Made by a program: the position numbers and the translations under genes
In this document: piece after piece, positions 14,801 through 26,892 of the stretch
How the letters are laid out: every line of letters starts with the position of its first letter
Position numbering within the stretch: the stretch's first letter is position 1
Notes under the pieces: model-generated
The model's input: only the letters and a program-made list of their open reading frames with translations
Database searches by the model: none
Told to the model about the DNA's origin: nothing
Source of the DNA: Girardia tigrina
Lineage: Eukaryota
Direction: 5' to 3'
Length of the DNA stretch: 64,000 bases
Assembly: GCA_001938485.1 (NCBI GenBank)
Contig: MQRK01194125.1
Location: 5,661 to 69,660 of the forward strand

Positions 14801-17800
14801 TGGCAGTTACTAAATTATTTTTGTTAAAAAAACTACTCAACCATAAATTCTATCTTACATTGACAATTTTTTCCGTCACCCGTAAATCCGCTATTACATT
14901 TGCATGAGTAACTGCCAACTAGGTTGGTGCAAGTGGCGTTTGTATTACATTTGTTCAAAACAGGATTGTTGCATTCGTTAATGTCCGTGCAGCTTAATTT
15001 TCCGTCACCTTCAAATCCGAGATTGCAAGAACATAAATTTTTATAACATTTTCCATTTTTGGCACAATCGGCATCTCCAAGACAAAATAGTTTATCTGTA
15101 ACATAATATGGTTAAAAGACGTTTGTGAAGCAGCTTAGAAACAAAACATCTTACTTTGACATGTGCCATTGTCTAATCTTACGTAGTTGTCCAAACAACT
15201 ACAATTGTAACTTCCGATGGTATCTGTACAAACTTCATTGATTCCACAAGTATTGGGGTTGTTCAAACATTCATTTATATCTAATTTGTAATATTTGATA
15301 TATTAAACTTTTAAATCAAGCATTCCCTTACTGGTACAAGTCATTAGACCGTCTCCTTTAAATCCAGCTTTACACTGACATTGACCCATACGACACAGTC
15401 CATTTGTATTGCAATCTTTATCCCCTGTGCATGGAGTATTTGCTGTTCACCAAGTAAAATAAACTATTTCTTTTATAAACTAAAATTTACTATATTCACA
15501 AATTCCTGGATACTTCGAACTACAACTTTTTTCTGCCCAAGGTAGCTGGTTTGATTTGGAACCATCAACAATGAAACAATTAGCTGATCCAGTTAATCCC
15601 GGTTCCTTACTGTTCCAATTCGTATATTCGAATGTTGAATTGTCTGACCAGAAAAACGTTGAAGGTTTACTTAGATTTTCTTGGAGACCTAAAAATAATA
15701 TTAAAAAATTACTAGTTTTTTAGTTGTTAACATAAATATTAGACACGTGTTTGTAAAAAATTTTTAATTTGTATCATTCTCGATTTATATTTTGAGTCTT
15801 TGTAACTGTTAGTTATATGTTGTTGTAAATCGGTTATTTTACTTGTAAACAACTCATAACAGAAATTCATATTGTGAATAAATTATTGTGTCTTTAAATT
15901 CGTGGGCCTCCAATCTCTGTAATGGTATTGAGCCTCTGGCTCTTTAGAGAGTCCACCCAAACTAAAGTCCTTAAGGGCCCCCCGATAGGCCTCCTACGGG
16001 GTCAGTGGCCTTCCACCTCTGAGCAGTCGGCTTGCCAGTAACGAACGACGAACCATGGAACTTGGTACCATGGCCGTACGGTGGACGCGTAACAACCGCG
16101 AAATGGGCACTTGAATTGTCCTCTTGCAGTCTTGTAATCGGCTGGCAGTCGGTATTGTAGGTGCGTCTCATCGGCATCGTCGTTCGACTGTATCCTCGAC
16201 ATACTCACAGTTGCGTCCGGCAACTGAGGATTGGATTGGTTTGATGTCGGCTCTTCCTCGTTCTCTTCTTCCAAGTTTTCTTCTCTCTGGGGGTTGGATG
16301 TTGGATGTCTTTAAATTCGTAAGAAATTAGTCACCAATAGACCAATTGTAAGCAGCAAACTATGTATTAAGTTGTTGAAAAAGGAATGCAAGTTTTTGAT
16401 TCTAAACTAAAAAATGTAACTCAGCACAGAAAAAACTATTAATCCAAAAAAAATCTATCAGAATCAAGACATTTTTACCAAAGAGAAACAAGTTTATTGA
16501 TTCCTCTAGCGTAGAACTCCTGCGTTTTTGGTGCGATGAAAGCGTTAAAGGCGTCTTTGGCGTCATCTTGGTTTTTGAAGCATTTATCCTTAATGAATTT
16601 GTCTATTTTATATTTATTTTGTATTTAGACACCTCATCAGAGGGCAATTCGGTTTTTAAGAAAGGCTATTCGAAAGTTGACTCATTTTAAATTGAACATG
16701 CAAAATTTGATCGTGATCTAAGATGTGTTTTCTTTTACACTGTCGACGCAATGTAATCAAATCTAATAGCCGCCGATATCATTAATACATTGACATAATA
16801 GCAGCCTTAGCCGGCCAGCAGATTTAATACCATTATTATTTCAATATCTACCGCTGCGGACGGTGTCAAAGAAAGCTCAGCTTTTTGATAATAATTTTAT
16901 ACGTGGTGCGCTCAATAGGTAGTGTGCCTAACATAGAAATAATATTCTGATTCCAATGAATTATTTTCATAACAAGCAAGTTATAAAGGTAATATTTGTG
17001 ATATTTGTTTTAATCTATTATTTTTGTTTAGGTTAGAGAACGCATAAATTCGAAAATGTCATTGGAAAACGTCCAATATCGAAGCGTTATTCGTTTCTTG
17101 TTAATGAAAGGGAAAATCCGGGAAGAAATATTCGTATATTCGAATATATAAACAGTTTAGTTCTGTTTATGGCGAAGAGAGTCCATCCATATCTACTGTC
17201 AAACGATGGTTCAACCATTTTCGATATGGTCGAACATTTGTTTCTGATGAAGAAAAGTCAGGCAGGCCACGTGAAATTGGCGAAGAAATAGCGAAAAATC
17301 GTGAAGTGTGAGCGACGAATCACTATCAGAAAACTGACAATGCGATTAAATGTCAGCAGAGGTACCATACAATCACTGCTTACGGAAACTGGAATTAGAA
17401 AATTGTGTTCACGCTTCGTGCCACAGTTTTTAACAGCAGACATGAAGGAACGGCGATTGATGTGCTGCCAGGAAAACTTAAACCTCTATGAATGTATTGG
17501 AGACCGCTTCTTACAGAATATTATGACAATGGATGAAACACCACTTGTCATTTATGTCCCAGAATCAAGACGTGAGTCTCATGAGTGGAAGTGCCAGGGG
17601 AAGAGTGTTCGAAGAAGATGCGATCATCAACCTCTCACAAAAAAGCTCTCATGCTCCTCACTTTTTGGGATGCAAATGGAATGATCCTTGCTGATTTTGC
17701 GGAAGCTGGTGTTCGTATCAACAGTGAATACTACTCCCGGCTCGAGCTTCAGGTAAAAAAGCTGAGAAGGAAGAGCAGAGTTTGTGAGTTATATTATTTG

Positions 17801-20800
17801 CACGACAATGCCCCCATCCACACAAGTGAGCTGTCAATGTCATCAATTGAGGGTTGTGGCCTCACCATGCTCTCTTACCCTCCATACAGCCCGGTTCTGG
17901 CGCCTTCCGATTATCATCTTTTCATCCACCTCAAACGAGCTCTCAGGGGTCAACATTTTGCTACGAAAAAAGACTTGAAGGATGCAGTCTCAAATTTCTT
18001 GGCTCAACAGCCACCGAAATTCTTTGAAAAAGCCTTTCTGGACCTTGTTGTGCCCTGGAAAAAATGTGTTGGTGTAAATGGACATTTCTTTGAGAAATGA
18101 TACCTTTATAACTTGCTTGTTATGAAAAATAAATTTCATTGGCATCGGATTATTATTTTTATGTTAGGCTCAGTACTTATTGAGCGCACCACGTAAGATG
18201 AAACGATACAAAAATTTAATATTCATAGAATCTCATTATTTATCCAGATAAAAATTTGTAAAAAATAAAATTTAGATAAAACTCAATAATTTCTAATCGT
18301 CATTATTTTTAATTTTCAAAGTTTTTTGTTTTCTAATAAATATTTTGAAAATTTCCTGTCTTTTCTTAACAATTTTCCAGTTTTACTTCGGTGAACAATC
18401 AATGTCGCAGTATCATAAATTATGTATAATTATATTCCTGAGAAAAGGAAGGGGAAGTTGAGGGGCAGTAATAATTTTTGGTAGACTTGAAAAATATTTA
18501 ATTGTTTTTAGAAATTTGACTCTGAACCTAACCTCATATTGACCATTATATCCTTGTTCGTTTATGCCGGAGTCTCGTTGAACAGAACCCCGGGGCAAAA
18601 CGAGGTTTACTTGTACATTCAATTCGAAAGGTTGAGTTTATGAAACGGCTTTTAAATATTAAACAACCTCTCTTTTCGTTGAAGATAATGAAGATAACGA
18701 TATAGAAATAAAAATTAAACGATCCTAACAGAGAATAAAATCTGAGATCCTGGATCAAGTCGTACAACAAATATCAAAATTATGTTTAAAATTTCTAATT
18801 TTTAACAGTGATAAACGGATTTAAATCACAAAAAAATATTTGAACAACTTTGCGTGTTACAAATAAAGGCTAACGTGACTGAAGTTTTCAACAGGACTGG
18901 CCAGGTCAGTTTAGCTTAAGATCACTCATTAATAGGATAAAGGACTCTTCTCTTTCTAATAATGAGATTTGCTCTCAACTTTTGTCTCGGCTTTCCATTT
19001 TTCGAAGTCTCATTCTGCGTGAAATAATATGATTTCTTACATTAAATTCATTTTTTGTATTTTATTGGAGTTGAATAACATTAATTTTTTGGTATACGAT
19101 ATGGTATAAGATACAGAAAGACTTCTTCGAAGTTTTAGGTTAAAATTCATATAAAATTTGTTCTGAAAGATCTAGATTACTTGATGTTTCGAGTCAACCA
19201 TAAATGTTAAGGCACAAATCGTGACGTGTATTTGCTTGTACTTGTTTGCGTTACATATATACATGTTCTAGTGTTGTGCTATAGATTAATATTTTGTAAA
19301 TTTATGTTTTACAAAATCAATAAATAAACGAATAACAATTTAAAGAATTATTTGTAACTTACACATAAGAGATTATTATTGTGAAAGTCTACAAATCATA
19401 CATAAAACCGAATTCCTGGTTTTCTATTTCTGTTAATTTCAGGTTAATACAATTCAATTGCCACTATTTGTTCATTGGGTTTGATAATTCTATTTGCAAA
19501 GTAATACAGTGAAAGCCGCTTAATAGGACCAGTAAAAATCTATTAATGGGAACACTCATGAAACTGTTTGACCCTTCAAACAACATGAAAGTCATGAAAA
19601 ACGTGTTTTTAGCGTAGGTCATACACCCACCCCAATCAACATACACATACACACGTAACAAAGAAGCAGGTCTTGACTGAATTTGTATTTACTGTATTTG
19701 TTCTTATCTCTTTAGCTGCAGAGAGTACCTGCTACATTTGTAGCACACAGCAAGAGGAAAAGTGTCCTGCAAGCAAACGTACAGTTAGTGGCGGTAGCCC
19801 CATACATTTACCATCCCAGGTACGTATGTATGTGTGTGTCGCCTAACTCGACATCAATCTTGCTAGAGCACAATGGGGAGGGTTGCAGACTGTCATTCAT
19901 TTTAAAATACAGTAAAGTAGTACAGAACTGTATTGCCCAATACTGTACATAGTTAAAGCGTTTAACGTACTGTTTATACGAAGAGTGTGTACTTCAGAGC
20001 TCTCAAACTGTTTAGACCATCGCAATCGGTTTGTAGGCAGTTTTAAACCGATGGCGACATTTAAAAACGCGCAAAATGTTGTTACAACTCGAAAAGTGTA
20101 CTTTGTCAAAAAATAACACCACTTCGCTTAATGGGACTAGTCGGTTAATAGGACCAGTTGGGCTTGGGACAAATGTGGTCCTATTAAGCGGCTTACACTG
20201 TAATACCTTTTTTCTTACTGTTCTGTGTTGTATTTATTTCAAAAGATTTTGTTTACCATAGTTTTTTTTTGCTATTTTTATTTATTAAAGAGGTTCACTG
20301 ATCGAACCAAAAATAATTTAAGTCAGCCTTTTTAACAATAAACATAGATCATTCTTTACTCTTACATAAAACGAAGTATGATAAAACTCACCAATCCAAT
20401 AGCTATTCCATATGTTTTTATTCCTTAAATAACTTTCAAGAAACATTTGTTCTCCGTAAGTAGCGATTGATATTAAATCGCCACCAGCTGAAGAACAAGC
20501 CTTTTGCGAAGCAGGTACCGAATCTTCTGGCACCGGTTTATAACATTTTCCATTGAAATATTCCGAAGTTGTCGGACATCGATAAAAGACTGAAGATAAT
20601 AATTATACAATTAAATAATCAAAAATATTAATATTATCAAAAATAAACGTAATTATAAACAATTAATTTTCTTAAGATCGGAACAAAGTCAACAGAAAAA
20701 TATCAAACAAAAGTTGTCATTAAAAACAAAAATAAAAGAAAAATTCTCGGCCAAAAATATAAAAGAACGAAAGATTTATAAATGAATCATCGGACAAGAA

Positions 20801-23800
20801 AAAGAGTGATTATTTTTGGCGAAAGAATGTTTTTGTTAATTAGAATCTAGAAAGAAAAAGAACCGGAAACGTTTTAGAAACATTATATCATAAGTCTACA
20901 CTTGTCTAAATTTTAATTGAATTTATATAAGATTCAAAGGAAGAAAGCGTCTTGTTGACGATTGTCAAGCAAAAATTGTTTTGTTTTTAGTTGTGTCGTA
21001 AGCAATTTACGAATTCCATTATGAAGGAGTGCGTTTCCTTAATGCATTTTTCAATTATAAGCGATGTTATACTCGTTGTCTGAGTGAGATAATTAAGATT
21101 CGTTGGGAACGAAGCGGGGATAACGGATTAACAACGAAACAGAAAATGCAGATATGTTTCCACAGAAAATAATCTCGTTATTTATATTTATTTCGGTTTC
21201 AATTTTCCCCTACTGTGGATGGAAAATGTCTTTCATGATTGAGAAAAAATTTGTTTCGTTTTATAATTAATTAATGATTTTGATTATTTCAACAGGAAGC
21301 TGGAATTAAAAGTTGAGATGAAGGATGTCGTTAAAGAAGAATGATGTTTCAGACGAGGATGATGCATCACTCCATGAAGCATATCACCACTGAGCCTTGA
21401 CCTTCTTTTTATTCTTATTTAAATAAAATTTATTTATTTTCTAAATAAAAAAGATATTTACAAAATATTAAAGTATAAAAGTAATTATCATTATATACAC
21501 TTAAATACATACTAAAAGAAGGATTTTCCCTCCTATTGTGTCAGGTCTCATAGGATATATACAAAAAGATAGTAAAAAAGAAAGATTTTTGTCAAACCGG
21601 TATCGGAAATCTATATTCTGATTTGTATTTACTTTTATATCTTGATACTAAAATTTTAAGCATATTAAATACATAACAATTAATGGACAAGCAATTGCAA
21701 CGTAAATATACCGAGCGATGCCGATAAATTAGGACAAATAAATTACTCAAACAAAACATCCATTTTTAAGAAGGACTGAGTGCGAAAAATATTACTAACT
21801 TTAAAATCCTCTATCTTCAAAACCGTATTTTGATTGAAAAAATACCGACTGTTTTGATAAATATGTGTAATTCAAAATAATTTTAGGAAGCTGAGAAAGA
21901 TTATTTATTTTTTTTAATAAATTCTGCGAGCTATTCCGGAATACCTGCCATTAGACTTGCAATTGTAGTTTCTGTAACGTTTTTGACTGTATTATTCCAC
22001 TTGTTCCGAAAATCTGCAATTGTCTGTGCCCTCTTGTTTGTCGTCTTTAACTGCCTTTTTAATAGAGCCCAATATCTTTCGATTGGGCGAAGCTCTGGAC
22101 AATTTTGGTGGGTTTGCTTCTCTTTGCACCAAATCGACGTTATTGTCTTCGTACAACTTCTTGGCTGCCTTACCATAGTGGCACGTTGCCAAATCCGGTC
22201 AAAAGAAAGTAAAACGTCCGTGCTGACTTATGAATGGTAATAAACACTTTTGCAGCACTCCTTCACATAGACTTCTGTGTTTATTTTGCCAGATGTGACA
22301 AAGCATTTACTCCTTTTCCCGCATCCACATATAGTCTGCCAAACAAGAAATTTTTTAGGAAACTTAAATATTTTCTTCCATCTAAATTTTTCTTCAACTT
22401 CGCCTCTCTTAGTTTCAGAATAAAATTCTTGTCCGGGTAGCTGGGAAAACTCACAGAGCAGATAAGTCTCATCATCCATATTGAAACATTTTTTCTTCGC
22501 AAGAAAACCAGATTTCAACTTACTGGCTCGATAAAGTTTTAGTTGGTGTTCCGATCTGGTACTGTTTGAACTTTATACGTTTTTAAACCCACAGAATGTT
22601 TAATTTTCCGAACTGTTTTCTCGCTACAATTTGCCTTTACCGCCACTTTTTTCGATTTGATAGACGAGGATTTCTCTCTAACAGCGCCTTTACTGCCTTC
22701 ACATTCTGTGTACACGACAAAACCCTTTCTTCTTCCGGAACCGATTTTTCTAAGAACGTTCAAATTCTCATTTAAGTTTTTAATAACGTTAGAAACTGTT
22801 TTCTGACAAACCTTTGCCTTTCTGGCAATTGTTTTCCGACTTGATTGTGGATTTTCTTGAAATAAACGAATAATTAATTCGCGACTTCATATTTCTGACA
22901 TATTCATGAAAAATGAAATTTAAAAATGAATACTAAAAGGAATTTTATTTTGATTTATTCATACAACAGCCTACTTGATTAGATTTTTGTAATTTGTGAA
23001 TTTATGTTGGTGTTAGAGATTTAAAGTTAGTAATATTTTCGCACTCAGTCCTTATGTATGTACAGGGTGACACAGATTAATTCGGTTAAACTGTATTACA
23101 GTGTGACAAGTGATATTTGTAGGATAATGTTTACTTTGGCTGTTAGTTGTCTAAAATTTGTTCAGAGACATAAAATATAAACATGAATATTAAATAATTA
23201 AGGGCATTCTGCTTGAAATGCTAATCTATCTTTGTAGTATTTGTACTTTTGACAAAGGAATATGATATGCGAGCAGACATTATAATTGATCTTCTAGATG
23301 AAAGAATATCTATAGAAATCGAGGTTTTTTCAGGCTTCCAAAGAGCTTTGTTTTTTTAGTAAAAAAAGAGGTATGCTGAGAACCAGGAAAGGTTTTGTGC
23401 CTCAAAACACCATGAGGAACAACAGAGTTGGTACTGCACTTTCCTGAAAGATAAGTCAAAATTGCTTCCATTCAAGGTGAATGGAATTTTCCAAACCTGT
23501 GAAAAGTAATCTAAGAATGAAATACTATGCTTGAAAACAGCCTTTTTTTCGGATTTTTATTAAAATTATTTAGAAGTATAAAATAAAAATTGAAGACAAA
23601 GTAAAAAATATTTTGTAAAAGAAATTGTGTTAAAAAAATGGCGTTTTTTCTAAAAAAAACATCATTTGTTGTTTTTTGTTGATTGTTTCTTATAAACGAC
23701 CTTGAGATTTAATTTTTTTATATTTTGTATTTCTCTAAGACTTTGCATTTTTTATATTTATTTATAAAACAATTGAGATATGGCTGGTGGAATCGTGAGG

Positions 23801-26800
23801 GGTAAATTGATAATGGATGACAAACGGATGCTGGAATAACGACTTTAGCTGGCCATTTTGTGTGTGCAATCGATTTTTATACGCATTTCAATGAGAATGA
23901 GTTTATTTCCTTAAAAAAGGATAAACTTCTGAAGCTAAAGTTCGAAGATCTATTACCTAGGTAAAATAGTATACCTTAAAAAATTAAAAAAAATGTCTTT
24001 GCTTTCCTGATAAAATTTTTGAAAAAGGTTTTAAACTGTTAAGCCTCACTTATAAGATTTGATCATGCCAAGAATCGTCTAAGAAATAAAATTAAATTTA
24101 TTCTAACAACTGTGACTCCGAATAATTTAAATTATATTATAAATGTATTTTTACAGGTACTATTATCAAATCTTAATGGTTTTGCAAACAAAATAAATAA
24201 AAACAAAATACTCACCATTTTGTGGTTTTTCACATAGAAATCCATCGGCTTGTTCATTACAATCGGCGGAAATCCATTTCCCGGTTGATTGTATTTGGAA
24301 GCATTCGATATCCGGCGACATTCCAAGAACACTACGATTAGAGGTAGCATAGTTGGTGAATGATACGTCCTGGATATTTCTCCATTGAACTGTTGATGAT
24401 CTTTGCAGCAAATTTTTATTCAGTCCAAACCAATACTTTCCAGATAAGAGTTTTAAAAGTCTGTAGAATAGATCTTTCGATAAAAAGATATTATAAATAA
24501 TTTACCGATTAAAAATGGTTTTAGAAGTATCATTTGATGGAATTATGACTAAATCTCCTCCGTATTTCGCACATTCTATTGCTGAATTTACGACATTTTT
24601 CGGTTGAGGAAATAATGCAACACACTTTCCTCCAATTTCCTTCCAACCTTCCGCACATTTTCGAGGTGACGCCGCTTTAAATGAATGTTTTATTAATCAT
24701 TAATAATGTAATGACAAAATTATTTATTAATTTATTTAATTATTTATTATTTATTTCTTAAAAATCTTTTCAGTTAAACAATTTGATAGATGACAACGAG
24801 TAAATGGTTCTAGGACCTTTCCACACAGGACGCTTTTGCACCGGGACTTAACGAATTTCGATAAATATCGAAGTTTAAACTTTGTTTGATTGAAAATTTT
24901 GTCTCGATATTACGAAGTCAGTGTAGATACATCATATATATCACATGAAAAAAATCGAAAAAAATGATTTAACATACAAAAAATATTTAGAAATGATTTA
25001 TACGACTCTGTCGTTAATGATATGAGTCACATTAATGTTATAAACAGTTTGTTTAAAAAGATTGACTTTTTGGTTGGAAAATTCAAATGTCTATGAATAA
25101 AACTTTATAATGGCGTTGTTCGATGTTCTTTTATATAAACGCGGTGGTTCAACCCGGGAACCAAAAAATAAATCTCCTCCTATTTTAGAAGTTGAGATCG
25201 GGTTCAGAGAAGTTAACGAGTCATTATGTATGCCCGATACTTCGCCTCGTTTAGATATGGATCCTGAAACAATACCATACTCACGGTTTCAATTACGAAG
25301 ACACAGTAATTACTTTAAAAGACAATTCAGAACGAACAAGTTTTATTTTATATTTCTGACCTTTACCAAAATGTATTTTATTTTATAAAGCTTGTAGAAA
25401 GTCATTTGGAAAAGACTGTTGGTACATGATTTGAGAACCACTAAATTGGTTCGTTTAAATCAGGATCTCATAACATTCAATTTTGAAACATTAATATATT
25501 AAAAAAATATTTTACGGAATTTGCAAATGGCGGGATAGTTTTCACTGCAGTCCACACTCATGAATTTATATTTTTCGGAGGAACCGAAAGGTAGAATGAC
25601 CATACAAGATAAACCAGCTTTTGGATGACCAGTGGCCCAATTCTGGAAGGACACCAAGGAGAAGTCGATTGGCATATACGTTTCTTAAAAAAGGATTTAT
25701 AAAGGGATACCTTAGAAAAAAACTTTACCTTTGAAAGCCAAAGCCGAGTATCCGACATAAAGTGAAATATTTTTACCGAAGATTTCCAACTGTTCCGAAA
25801 TAAAGTTATGTGACATTATTGAGGCAAAAGTAGCTAAATGACCGCCCTGGTTGCCACAGATTTCTTCGTTTTTTGTTTGATTGTTTGGAACAGTTAAAAT
25901 TCGGTAACAGTATCCTTCATATGACCAACTATTTTGTGGACAAGGGTCTAAATAATTTTTATTAAAATATAATAATTTAATATTATTTAAAACGACTTAC
26001 AAACAAATTAAAACGTATTTTTGTCAATTAAATTTTAATTTAAGTGATTATTGTTGAAGTAATAATTATTACTTTAACATTAATTAAATTATTTATTCAT
26101 TGATTTAATAATTAAACTGTTAAAATACAAAAAAATTAATGCACGCAATTTGCAAAAAAAATTAATTAAATTTATTTAAATAAAAAATGTTTTACCAGTT
26201 CTTTTAAAAAAACAAAAATAAATAAATTTTAATAGAAAACAAAATATCATTAAATAAATTCGATAAATAATTTATTTAAATAAAATTATAAATAATTAAC
26301 ATAATTTTTAGTTATGATAATTCAGTAAATTAAAAAGTAATATTTTAATGATAATTATAATTATTCGAACAGATTATTGAAATAATATATATATNNNNNN
26401 NNNNNNNNNNNNNNNNNNNNNNNNNNNNNNNNNNNNNNNNNNNNNNNNNNNNNNNNNNNNNNNNNNNNNNNNNNNNNNNNNNNNNNNNNNNNNNNNNNNN
26501 NNNNNNNNNNNNNNNNNNNNNNNNNNNNNNNNNNNNNNNNNNNNNNNNNNNNNNNNNNNNNNNNNNNNNNNNNNNNNNNNNNNNNNNNNNNNNNNNNNNN
26601 NNNNNNNNNNNNNNNNNNNNNNNNNNNNNNNNNNNNNNNNNNNNNNNNNNNNNNNNNNNNNNNNNNNNNNNNNNNNNNNNNNNNNNNNNNNNNNNNNNNN
26701 NNNNNNNNNNNNNNNNNNNNNNNNNNNNNNNNNNNNNNNNNNNNNNNNNNNNNNNNNNNNNNNNNNNNNAAATCGAAACATGTCCAATAGTTGTATTAAA

Positions 26801-26853
26801 AAAGCTTTAATCAAATTATATTTTCGAAATACTAAACTTGCGTTCACAAGACT

Positions 26854-26892
<39 letters not shown>

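Noticed and set aside
6082-14809. Calling the gene neurexin IV/CNTNAP or zonadhesin/FCGBP
   Set aside because: No laminin-G, discoidin or MAM domains and only one VWD unit seen; orthology cannot be supported, so no gene symbol is given.
26374-26856. 160-aa ORF
   Set aside because: Artefact of translating through the N gap.
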